Part shown: positions 11,620-24,107 of the stretch, in pieces
Position numbering within the stretch: the first letter of the stretch is position 1
How the letters are laid out: every line of letters begins with the position of its first letter
Origin: Chiloscyllium plagiosum
Taxonomy: Eukaryota
NCBI RefSeq assembly: GCF_004010195.1
Contig: NC_057715.1
Coordinates: forward strand, 14,389,869 to 14,453,868
Direction of reading: 5' to 3'
DNA: 64,000 bases
Position numbers and translations under genes: made by a program
Notes under the pieces: model-generated
Databases searched by the model: none
What the model saw: the letters and a program-made list of their open reading frames with translations, nothing else
What the model was told of the DNA's origin: nothing

Positions 11620-13760
11620 TTTCAGGATATTTTCTTATAACAGTATGTTCTACAACCAAGCAGACAGCAGCACCCATTAATGAGGTAGGATTAATGGATG
11701 ATCTCAGAGTAAAGGAGTAGCAGTGAACAGCGAGTGATTGAATTTTACATTCAATTTGAGCAAGAGAAGAGTGAGACTAAGACAAGCATTTTAAATTTAA
11801 TCAAGGCATTTAATCAAGGTATGAAGGCAGCACTGGACAATTTCCCTGAACTGGGAAATTAGGTTAAAAGGAAGGATAATAGAGATCCAGTAGCAGACTT
11901 TTAAAGAGATATTTCATCACACTCAGAAAAGATACATTCTAGTGAGAAATACTTACTCTGGGAGAAGGATGCACCAACCACGGCCAACCAAGAAATTTAA
12001 AGATGGTATCAAATTGAAAGAAAAACCTAATAATTTTGCAAAGATTAGTGGTAACACTGAATATTGCACAAAGTTTAAAAACCAGCAAAGAATGGCAAAG
12101 AAAAAATTAAGCGGGAGAAATTAGAATATGAGAGAAAGCAAACTAAAAAAAAAATAAATAGTTAAGAAATTTTATAATTATTTAAGAAATAAAGGAGGCA
12201 CAACGCGAGAATCTACAGGCCTGTTGGCTGAATACCCTCACAGGGAATTTGCTGCGATCTGTTATTATGAAAGGCACTTAAAGTATTTTAACATAATGAG
12301 GCAGGGTCAACCTGGATTTGTGAAAGGGATATCAAGTTTTACTATTTTGTTAGAGTTCTTTGAGAAAGCAACAAGTAACATAGATAAAGTGAAACTTGTC
12401 AATGTGGATCTCCAGAAGGTATATACGGTGACACACCATAAAAATAGAGAAAATAGGAGCAGGAGGAAGCCACTCAGCCCTTCAAACCTGCTCCACCATT
12501 TATTGTAATCATGGCTGATCATCCAACTCAACAGCCTGTTCCCGATTTTCCCTATATCCTTTGATCCCTTTAGCCTCAAGGGCTATATCCAACTCCTTCA
12601 TGAAATCATACAATCTTTGGCCTTGAAGATTATGACACAAAATAAGAGTTCAGGGCTTAACTGATGAAATATTAGCATGGATAGATTAGTTAATTAATGG
12701 AAAGCAGGAATAGGATTAATTAGATATTTTTTCAGTTGGTAAGCTATAACAAGTGGAGAGCAACAGGGATCATTGCTGTGGCCTCAACTATTTACAATTA
12801 TTGTAATGATTAAGATGAAGGGATTACATGAACAGTAGCTACATTTTCTAAAAACATAAAGATAGATAGGATGTAAATTGTGAGGAGGACATGAGTAGTT
12901 TGCAAAGCGATATCGACGAATTAAGTGAATCCCTTCTTCCAGGTCTTTTATTTTATCTTCCTTTCTTCTGTCTCTCTATATGGAAGGTGAATGCTGGGAA
13001 AGTGGAGGAGGGGGCTTGGGTTGGTGGTGGGAATGGGATATGTCCAGTGATGGGGGGAGGGGTCATGGAGAACAGTGAATAGCAAAGTCACACCTCACTG
13101 TGTCTGAACAGACTATCTGCTGTCGACAGGCTTATCCGCTCTTTCACTAGTTGCAAATCCAATGGGAGTGGATGAGTATACAAATCGCATACAGTTTTAA
13201 CCTGGAGACAGAGAGATATGAGCCACAACATATCAAAACCGAGATGAATAAGTATTTGAAAAGGAAACAAAATCTGAAAACGCCATGGGAAATTCGACTA
13301 GAATAGGTGACTCTGGTTGGAATGTGAGTTCTTGCACAGGACTCATCTTTATAAATCATCACGCCACAGCTGGAGTATTGTGCTCAGTCCTGGGCACTGC
13401 ACGTTAAGAGGATGTCAAGGCCTTGAGAGAGTGAATGGGAGATTTACTATGAGTCATGAACAACTTCGTTTGAGCCAATAAGGAGAAACTTTTCACTGTT
13501 CGGATGGTCAGTTACCAAAGGTTCATATTTTTAAGGTAGTTGGCAAAAGAACCAGAGAAGAGATGAAGAGTTTTGTTTTATTCAGCAAGTTGTTGTGATC
13601 GCGAATATGCTGCCTGCAAGGGCAATGAAATGTAATTTAATGGAAAAGGGAAATTGGATAAATAATTAGCGATGAAAATCATAGAAGTATTTGGGGAAAG
13701 AGGAGGGGAGGGAGGCTAATCACAAGCATGATGGGCTGAATGGCCTCCTCTGCATATAAA
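11620..13760 (+). mobile_element. Ancient, highly decayed CR1 LINE fragments
   Basis: Residual motifs QPGFVKGISSFTILLEFFEKATSNIDK, GSLLWPQLFTI and PQLEYCAQSW. Confidence 0.65.
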
Positions 13761-15584
13761 ATTCTATAACTCATGTCATGCTGTCATCTCTGTGAGACAG
13801 CATTAATTCCTACTGGTTTATCAATGCCAACAAATGTCCTTTTGAACTTCAAAGCAGACTTGGACAGGTTGCACTTGTAAGTGGCAGTTTGTATGGAGCA
13901 ATCAGGATATTTCCATGGAAACACAAAGCATTTGCATGATGGACTGACTGAGATGAATGTTCATTTTTATAGAGTGCCACAGATGTTTGGATATTAAATT
14001 AAGTCCATGTGTTGGTAGAAAGCTGTGCGATTGTCGAATCTGGTTCAGGGTATGGTTCACAGCTCATGTAAACATTTATGGAACTTTAATGCGATGAATC
14101 ACATGAGAAGCTCAACCTCAGTGTGGTTGTGAGCTCCACCCACACCCTTCCTCCTACTTGAAGAAGTGGATGTGTTTTTGTCAAATTTGAGGCTAGCTGC
14201 CACGAGATCATAAGTTTGAAACACTTGGGCTTCATGTCCATTGGTGTGGGGGTGGTGTGAAGCAATGTATCATAATGGAATGGTTAAAATGGCTCACAGC
14301 GATTTGAAGCAAGATTTGCTTGAGGGAGGAAGAAGTAAAAGCTTGGCCCTCACTGAAATGATTTAGTTTGTGCACTGGTTTCGGCTGGCTTTCAAAAAGT
14401 AATTGGATAGGCACCTGCAGGGAAACCACTGTACGTAGGACTATGGGGAAAAATAGGAAATTAGACTATGCAAGTTGTTTTTACAGAAAGCTGGCATGGG
14501 GTTGATGAGGCGAATGATTTCCTGTTTTGTAACTCTGACTTTAGTCAGCAGCTGGATTATTCTCCCTCATCCGCCTAAAACCAGCATGTAAATGACAAAA
14601 ATAGAAGAAAAGTCCAGCTGTGAGGCCTATTGGCGTTTTAGGGCATGACTTGCCCCCTCCTGGAGATGGCATATAATCTGTTGAGTTGACCCTGGGGAGA
14701 TACTTACACCTTTCTTGAAACCTCCATAATTCATTGCTGGGGATAAAGGTCGTGGGTGATCACCTTCATTCACCATCAGGCAAGAGCTTTAAGTGATAAA
14801 TTAATTGTCAATTAAATACTTAAATTGTTATCATCTTATTGATTGGTGGAATAGGCTTGAATAGTCAAGTGCTCCTATTCTTTCTCTTCTTATAAGCATT
14901 AAGAATGATGTTGCTAGGATAACAACCATATTGGGTGCTTCTGACAAAACTGTCAAAGGAACTCATTACAATAGAAACTATATTAAGTAGGTGAGTGTTT
15001 AGCTATGAAATTACTGCTATAAGCTGCAAGCTGGCCTTTGAATCAAGGTGAATGTTCCATGACAACAGGTTATACATGCTATTGATTACATTTACACAAA
15101 CCATATTATCCAAGTTTACATAGTGTTGAATCAGTTAAAGGAATGCAATGGAACTACAAGCGACATTTAAATAGATTAACTCTCACTCCAACAAAATCCA
15201 AAATGTCACAAATTGGTGAGACCAACTGATTTCAGTGTTCTGGTCAAGATTAATCCATCAAAAAAGAAACAGTATTTAAACTAGGATTTTCAAAGCATAC
15301 AGTTTCCAAACACACTGCCAATAAGAAATACAAAGAAGAAATTTGAAACAAACCCAGAAAAATGCTGGAGAAACTCAGCAGGTCTGACAGCATCTATGAA
15401 GAGAGAAACAGAATTAATGCTTTGAGTCCAGTGTGACTCTTCTTCAGAATTAATCTGTCCAGTGAGATTCAAAATATAATTTATATACAAATGAAATGGG
15501 TTTGTTAGTGAATGCATCTAACCACTTCAGCACAGATGAATTAATGGCATAGAATAAACAGCACACAGCAACAGGCCAGTTGGG

Positions 15585-18200
15585 GGAGGCTGTGGTAATG
15601 TCACTGGACTATTACAGAATTTGAGGTTCAAAACCTACTATGGCAATTGTGAAGTTTGAATTCAATAAAAATGTGGAATGTGGTTGACTCTTAATTGCTC
15701 TCTGAAAAGGCTTTGAAAACCACTCAGTTGTATCAAAACTGCAGCAAAGTTTATCAAAAGAAGAAAACCGCAGTTGAAGCACCTGGCATTGAGCTCTGCA
15801 CCAGAAATGGTAACACAGTCATCAACCCCATAAAGTCCTCCTCACCAACATCTGGAAGATGAGCTAAAATTGGGAGAGCTGCATCACAAAGCCGCCAAGG
15901 AATAGTCTGACATAGTCATATTTACAGAAATATACCTTCCAGACAAAGTCACAGAAAATACCAACATTATCATCATTCCTGGGTAAGCCGTGTCCCGTCA
16001 GCTGGACAGACCCATTGGAGGTGACTTTAAGGTAGTTTACTGTCAAGGCCCTGGGAGTCCTCAGATTTCAATCTGGACCCCAGGAAGTCTTATGACATCA
16101 GATCAGACACAGGCAAAGACACCTCCTGCTGATTAAAACCAACTGCATCCTGTCAGCTGATGAACCAATACTCCTTCATTTTGAACAACACTTAGAGGAA
16201 ACACTGAGGATGGTAAGGTTATGGAGTGTACTTCATTGTCCATCCCCAACAGTAGTTTGAACTACCAAAACTGACAGAGCTGGTTGAGTCCCAAAAGACA
16301 TAGCTGCTAGACTGAGTCTGTGGCTGGTGGTGAAAAAACAACAAGAGGGATAAATCTACTTGAGCGCATCTTCACCAATGCATCTGGCCATGATAGTCTT
16401 GAGACCAGTGATCACCGCATTGTTCTTGTGGTCCCAGCTTCATCTTGAGGATACAATGGCACCACTACTGTGTTAAATGTGGATAGATGTCCACGCAGAG
16501 CTGTAGGCCATCAGCAGCAGCAGAATTATATTCAACCACAAACTGTAACTGCGTGGCCTGGCATATCCCCCGCTCTGCCATTACCATCAAGAGGAAGCAA
16601 CATGAGATAGACAAAGCTAAGCAATCCCACAACCAATACATTAGATCTAAGCTCTGCTGTCCTGCCACGTCCAGTCATGATTGGCGGGGTCAAATAATCA
16701 ACCAACAGGAAGTGGAGACTCCACAAATATCCTCATCTTCAATGACAGGGATGACCAGCACACCAATGTTTAAAAAGAAGTCTAAAGTGCCGAGTCTATG
16801 ATCGATCCTTGCCAACTCCTGAGGTTTCCAGCATTTCAGTTGGCAGTCTTTAACCAATCTGTCTCACTCTATATAATATTAAAATTTGGTTGCAGATGCT
16901 AGAAACTGCAAAAGTCTATGCTCACTAATAACATCCTAGCAATAGTACTAAAAACTTGTGTTCCAGAACTAACTGTGTCCCTAACCAAGTTGTTCCAGTT
17001 CAGCCACAATTTTGTTATCTACCCAACAATGTGGAACATTGTCCAGGTATGCTATGTAAAGCAGGACAAATACCACTCTATCTGACTATTCTCAATCAGC
17101 AGCAAAATGATGGAAAGGGCTTTAGTGCGATCAAACGTCACTTGCAAAGAAACCTGCTCATTCAATTCAGTTTCGGTTCTGCCAGGGCCACACAGCTCTT
17201 GACTACATTGCAGTCTTGGTCTAATATAGACAACAGAACCAAACTCCAGACCTGCCCGTATCATCAAAGCCACATTCTGTCGAGCATAGAATAAAATCGC
17301 CCTAGTGATATTAGAGGCAATGGTAATTGGGGAACATTCTCCACTGATTGGAAGGTGTCATCAAAGACCCTTAGTAAAACTGGAATAAATAAGAATCAAG
17401 GTGAAAATACTTCACAGATGTAAGTTATACTTAATACAAAGGAAGATGGTTGTGATTGTTGCAGTCAGTCATCTTCACTCCAGGACATTTCTGCAGGAGT
17501 TCCTCAGAGTAGTGTGTCAGGCCCCATCTGCAGTGGTGTTTCATCAATAACCTCTCCTTTGTAAGATCAGAGCTGGGCTTGTTTGCACAATGTTCAATAC
17601 CATTTGTGGCTCCTCAGATACTGAAGCAATCCATGTCCATTTGTCGTCAGTCATGGACTAAATCCAGACTTGAATTGACAAGTGGCAAGTAACATCTGTG
17701 CTACACAAGTGCCAAGCAATGACCATGTCTAACCAGAGAGAATTTATGCATTCCCCCCTTGATGTTCAATGGCATTACCATTCCCCACTATCAACATCCT
17801 GGGAGTTACTATTAATCAGGTATTTATATATTGTGGCTACAAGAGCCGATCAAAGACTAAGTGTTCTGCATCGGGTTACTCACAGACCTGTGTTCCCAGA
17901 GCTTCTCCACCATCTTCAGAGCTCAAGTCAAGTATGATGAAAGATTCTCCATTTGCCATATGGGTATAGCTCAAACAACACTCAAAAAACTCAACGCAAT
18001 CCAGGACTAAGTGGCTCACTTGATTAATACCCAATCCAGTATCTTCAATATTCACACCCTTCATCACTGAGGCACGGTGGCAGCAGTGTGTATCATTTAC
18101 AAGATCTACTGCTGTATTTCACTAAGGTACTGTGACAGCCCTTCAAATCCTTTTCCACATGGAAGGGCATGGGAACAGTGATGTCCCCATCCTAAGAACA
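15585..18200 (+). mobile_element. Old CR1/L2-group LINE (endonuclease to RT remnants); related fragments ~29130-30200 and 48700-49060
   Basis: Decayed motifs including ISAGVPQSSVSGP and a WQVT..HKCQAMTMSN segment. Many stop codons. Confidence 0.6.
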
Positions 18201-19209
18201 AATTGGTCTTTACTGGTGTTGATGCTCCATGTGAGCCTCCTCAAAACAAAAATCCTACTGCTTTAATGATAGGTAATGAAAAATTCAAAAATGGGGTTGA
18301 TACATCTTTTTGTTAGCCCCATGTATTAAGAATTATGGAACAGTTACACAAAGCTAAGATCAAATCAGCCTTGATTCTAATTCTTGGGTTTGTAGGTTAA
18401 TTGAGATTCCTTTTGAACTGCCTGGCAGCACTTGGAGAGAGTCTTTCACATTGTGTTACCTGCAGCGCAAAGGTGTTTAAATGACTGTTTATAAAGCTAT
18501 GGCTATCACAGTACTCATTCCATGCACAAAGATATCTGGTCAATGACAGACTGCTGTTGTCGTCAGTATTTAACCCTTGGTTTTTTGTACTTCCCTGGAG
18601 GGCGAAACAGACATATCAGCAAGCTTTGGGCTGAGGGGGAGAGATAGTCAGTCACCATATGACCTCTTCTTATTGGGTCTCCCTGTTTGAAGTTTCTCAG
18701 ACTCTTTACAAATGTGACATGCCATTGTCTTCACACAGAACTTTGCCAGACAGTTATTTAATTTATATCTGAAGTTTTTTTTTCCTTTTCCACTAACAGA
18801 TACTTTTTAAAGGAAAATGCATTCTGGAATTAAAAACAGAAAAAATATCTGCAGATAAAATAACAGATAAATACTGCAGGGTCCTGATCCATCATTGTAA
18901 CAAAAGGCTTGAAGGACCAAATGGTGCTCCCAGAATTCATTTACTTAATGGCTATTTGATCTAGATATAAAAAGTAAGACTTCTCATCGCCAATATATGC
19001 TCATCAGTTTATCTGTCAAGCTGCAAGTAGTATGAGAGATAAAATGCTGCCATTGAAGGAACTTACTTAAAGCTAGTTTGATTATTCTATTGGGATGATT
19101 GTATGCCTGAGTAACTTGTCTATTTTCAGATCTAATTGGGAGTGGACTTTATAAAACCATCAGGTCCACGTAGTATGGTTTGAGAGAACTACACTGGTCC
19201 CTGTACTCT

Positions 19210-19960
19210 TTGGATAAATGTGAGGTGTTGCATTTTGGAAAAGCAAATCAAAGCAGGACTTAATGGTAAGGTCCTAGGGAGTGTTGCTAAACAAAGAAAC
19301 CTTGGAGTGCAGGTTCATACTTCTGTGAAAGTAGAGTCGCACATAGATAGGATAGTGAAGAAGGCGTTTGGTATGCTTTCCTCTACTGGTCAAAGTATTG
19401 AATATAAGAGTTGTGATGTCATGTTGTGGCTGTGCAGGACATTGGTTAGGCCACTTTTGGAATATTGCGTGCAATTCTGGTATCCTTACTATCGGGAGGA
19501 TGTTGTGAAACTTGAAAGGGTTCAGAAAAAATTTACAAGGATGTTGCCAGGGTTGGAGAATCTGAGCTATCGGGAGAGGCTGAACAGGCTGGGGCTGTTT
19601 TCCCTGGAGCGTCGGAGGCTGAGGTTTATAAAATCATGGATAGGGTGAATAGACAAAATCTTTTCCATGGGTGGGGGAGTTCAGAACTAGAGGGCATAGA
19701 TTTAGGGTGAGAGGGGAAAGATATAAAAGAGACCTAAGGGACAACATTTGCACACACAGGGTGGTACGTGTATGGAATGAACTGCCAGAGGAAGTAGTGG
19801 AGGCAATTACAGCATTTAAAAGGCATCTGGATGGGTATATGAATAGGAAGGGTTTAGAGGGATATGGGCCAAGTGCTGGCAAATGGGATTAGGTTAGGTT
19901 AGGATATGGACGGGTTCGACTGAAGGGTCTGCTTCCGTGCTGTACTTCTCTATGACTCCA
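19210..19960 (+). mobile_element. CR1/HER1 LINE 3' fragment
   Basis: ORF text RTLVRPLLEYCVQFW...LERVQKKFTRMLPGL...RTRGHRFRV; 3' end CTGTAC.TCTCTATGACTC. Confidence 0.92.
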
Positions 19961-19998
19961 TTGAACAATTCCATTTTTGCTTTAACCTTCTCTTGCAG

Positions 19999-20079
19999 GT
20001 CAAGGATGCAAAGTCAACAGTTGACAACCATTCTCCTGAGACCTATTCTCATCTTAATTTGAAATTTAAGAAGCTGAAG
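19999..20079 (+). CDS. CFAP97D2: CFAP97D2-like exon 2
   Basis: Polypyrimidine tract plus CAG acceptor; VKDAKSTVDNHSPETYSHLNLKFKKLK; donor GTAATG; phase 0-0. Confidence 0.9.
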
Positions 20080-20419
20080 GTAATGCCTGTAATTTCCTGC
20101 TGTCTCTTATTGCTTTCAATCCTTTTACCTTTTCTTATTGTTACTGATGTGAGGTTATTCATTTCAGACTGCATTTTCCAGTGTCCACGTGACCGAGATG
20201 GGAAACATATCCAATAGAGACAATAGTTTCAAAAAACTTAAGTGAAACCAAAGAAAATGTACACATTGTAAATGGAACCTATCGGATGCATCTACCTGCT
20301 CTGAACTGCAGTGCTAAAAGTGATCGTCTAGTAGAGACTTTACTATGTAGATGCAGAAATGATCTTTCCACTTGTGGACAGAACTCAACAACAGGGACTA
20401 TCAATACAAGATGGTCATT

Positions 20420-21510
20420 CATGGTGTTTTGAGAATGCAAGTAGTGAGGTAGATAAAATAGATGTAGTATGTCTGGATTTCTAAAGGCATCTGAAAGTTA
20501 ATAGATAACAGCTCTTGGAGTTAGAGATAATATATTTACAAAGACAGAGGATTGGTTAACACTCAGGAAGTGGAAAATGAGCATTTTAAAGTTGAAAGGC
20601 GGTAGTGCCTCAAGGATCAGTGCTGGAGCCTCAACTATTTATCATTTTGATTAATGACTTAGCTGAAAAGATCAAGAGTAATTGGCCCAAATTTGTTGAG
20701 AACGCAAAGGCAGGTGGAAAGCAAAACTGTGAGGAGGACACAAAGCTGCTGCAAAAGGAGATGTAGGCAGCAGTTAAGTGAGCAGACAACAAGATGGCAG
20801 ATGGAGTATAATGTGTGTATAAAGTGTTCACCTACATTGTAAAGTAGAAAATCAGATTTGTTTTTAAAAAGACGTGACTCTTCTAAGTGCTGATGTTCAA
20901 AAAGACTTGGTGTGATTGTACAAATTACACAGAAAGTTAGTATATCGGAACAGCAAGCAATTGAAAAGGTAAATAGCATGTTTATCTTTATTGCTAGGGG
21001 ATTGGAGTAAATGAATTTAAAAGACTTGTCACAATTGTACAGAGTTTTGCTGAGAGCACACTCGGAATATTGCGTGCAGTTTTAGTCTCCACCTTTATGA
21101 TAGGACGTACTTGCATTGCAGTTGGTACAGTGGTGATTCATTAAATTGTCCCCGAAACGAGGAAGCTATCCTGTATTAAGAAGCTGGCTAAATTGGGCCT
21201 ACATTCTCTGGAGTTTAGAAAAATGAGAAGCGATCTATTTGAAACATACAACGTTCTGAAGAGGTTGATAGCGTAGATGCTGAGAAGTTGTTTCCGCTTG
21301 TCAGGGAATTTAAAACACATGGGCAGAATCTCGGGATAAGGGGCCAATCATTGTGTTTTTGCAGGAAGCTAGATAAACACAAGGGAGAAATGAATGGAAG
21401 GATATGCTGATATGGTGAGGTGAAGTATTATGGCTTGTGTGGAGCATAGGCCCCAGTGGACACAATTGGGCTGATTAGCTTGTTTCTGTGCTATAGATTT
21501 TATGTTTCGA
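20420..21510 (+). mobile_element. Old CR1 LINE RT fragment
   Basis: VPQGSVLEPQLFIILINDL and EYCVQF motifs, heavily decayed. Confidence 0.75.
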
Positions 21511-22667
21511 CATATATATTGGTATTGACTACAAATTGAATGGAATACAGAAAATTCAGCAAAACATCTTCTGTCTCTGAATACAGCTGCTGACCATGTT
21601 TATGCACACAGCTCTCTCACAATGCACCAGAAATGCTGGTTCAGCTTTTATGCAACCAGATTGTGTTAAGATGTGGAAATTTTTTTATTGCTATTGAATG
21701 ATGCTGGGAAACAGTGGGGAGAGTATGGTGTGCAGTATTGAAATCAGTGAGATGCCTAGTTAACACATTTTCCCATGCTCTGATAGCGGCAAGCAGTTTT
21801 GTTTGTCAATGGGACAGCAAGCATGTCAGGATGAAACATTGGTGGACAGTAACTGGAACTCGTGCCATCAGGATGTGGGAGCCTCTAATGCTAAGTTCTG
21901 GAATGTGAAATTGTTTCATCATTTTTAAAATTTAAGTCGTTTCCCCCCCCCCCCCCACAACGTTCCTTCTCCTCATCTCCTGAAGACGCAGTCATGCTGA
22001 ATCCCAGTTCAAGTCCCACTTCAGACAAGTGATCGCATAATCTATGCTGACATTTGCCATGATGTACTGAAGTAGTGCTGTACTGCCCAAGAATAATATC
22101 TTTCAGACAGGATGATCCCACTGACAGATCCCAGATATTTGTGTAAGATCCCATGGTACACCTTGAAGAGGAGTAGGGGAGTACTAATTGGTTTCAGGGA
22201 CAATACTTATCCCCATCAACATCACTAAAAATAGATTATCTGGTCATTAACATATTGCTGATTGTGATATTAGAAAAGTGCAAAATGTTGGAAATACTCA
22301 GCAGGTCAGGTAGCACCTGTGGAGAGTAAAATAGAAATAGGTTTTCAGGTCAATGACGTTTAATTAAAAATACTGTAAATGGGAGTTTGCTGTAGGCAAA
22401 TTGGTTTCCTAAATGCTAAGAGTGACTACACTTCAAAGTAATTACTTACTCGAATATATTTTGGGACACCACGAGATTATGAAAGGCAATGTATAAGTGT
22501 AATGTCAAGTCATTTTTCTGAGAGTTCTCCAGAGCAAGTTTCTGTAACAATCAGCCCTGACCAGAAAGTCAGATTCATCTCCTTAAATGTAAAATATGAA
22601 TGTATTATTTCCCACAAAGAATGGAGTCAAAAGGTATTAATTGTATTTTATATACTGTATATCACAG

Positions 22668-22786
22668 CTTGAGGAAGATAGACTGTCCATCATTGAAAGA
22701 GATAACCAGCTGTTGCTTCAAAAGATGTCAACAATCATGAGGACCACAGGCCGAATTGACAATAAAAATGAGTATAAATTGAAAAG
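22668..22786 (+). CDS. CFAP97D2: CFAP97D2-like exon 3
   Basis: CAG acceptor; LEEDRLSIIERDNQLLLQKMSTIMRTTGRIDNKNEYKLK+AG, containing the IERxNxxLLxK motif of the family; donor GTAATG; phase 0-2. Confidence 0.92.
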
Positions 22787-24107
22787 GTAATGTTTCTGAC
22801 TTCTGCTCATCCTTCCTGGATGTGCATTCTGACAATAAGTATTTAGATGTGTTCCGAGGATTGAGTGTTCCTTGTAGCTCCTTGCAGCAAGTAGCATACT
22901 TGAAGTTTACGTTTTTAAAATTAAATGTCTATGGTTACCAATGCCTGTCAAGTCCTCAGGAATTAAAAAATGTTTTTATTTTCACCAAATTACCCAGCAA
23001 AAAGGAAGGCCAATAAGCTGAATATGTCTGCGTTGGCTCTTTGAAAAAGTTATCCTGTTGATCCTAACCTTGCCCTGGTCTTTACCCATAGTCTTGCAAA
23101 AAGGAAAAATCTCCTCAAATATATATCCACCTCCTGTTTAGTAGCACTTCCAGATCTTGACAAGACGTTAGGTCAGATTATAACCTCATGTTGCCTTTGA
23201 CTCTTTTTCCAATTAACTTGAATCTGGTGACTGATGCTCCTCCTACTGGAAACATTTTCTCATTTACTTCAGCAAACCTCTTCCTGACTTTGAACAATCC
23301 TCCCATTAAATCTCCCCCTAACCTTTTCTGCTCTGCGCAAAACAATCCCAGCTTTTCCAGACTCCCAATATAACTGAAAGTTCCTTGTCTGTGGAACATG
23401 AACATCACTAGCAGCTTGGGACAGACATGGACTGAACCCAGTGCAAGTCCAAGCTATTAATGTTTATTAATGTTTAAACTGTGAATAGAAGCATGGTAGA
23501 CCAAGGCTTCACCAATGCTGCCTTCCATTAGGTTTCAGATGTGGGATCTGACGTCAATATAACATAGCTACTGAACACATGCGTAAGGAACTATTATTCA
23601 TGTTGAGGTATAGTTAACCCTTTAATCTACATCAGGTATTATTCTAATAATTCTTCTCTGCACTCTCTCCATGTCCTTCTTAAAGTTTGAAATACAGAAG
23701 TAGATGCAATGGACTGGTGGAGAGAACAGGATGGTTGGAAGCAAGAGGTCATGTAAGAAAACTCAAGGAACTCTACTTCCAACCAGAGCTGGCAACTCAA
23801 CTGCACGTCAGCTTCCTGGAACTTCTGGTTGAAATAGGATACTGACAAGGCCTAATAGTGACAGGGAATGTAGAAACCAATAGAATAGTTTGCCAACCTT
23901 GTCTCTGTCATAGTGCGATTCAGCAATTATACTTGAGTTTACCTACTTCCAGTACTGTACCAAGAGAGTAACACAGAGATACTGACTTATGGATGGAACG
24001 TTAAACTGAGGCCTATCGGTCCTCTCCATTTCACATAAAGGATCCCATGGCCCTAATATGATTAAGAACAAGAGAAATTTTTCAGTATTCTAGCCAGTAT
24101 TTCCTCA

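Noticed and set aside
18521-18600. Alternative MHK.. start for the CFAP97D2-like gene
   Set aside because: No family similarity or good donor. The 9954 exon has a Kozak context, homology, correct phase and an X-box.
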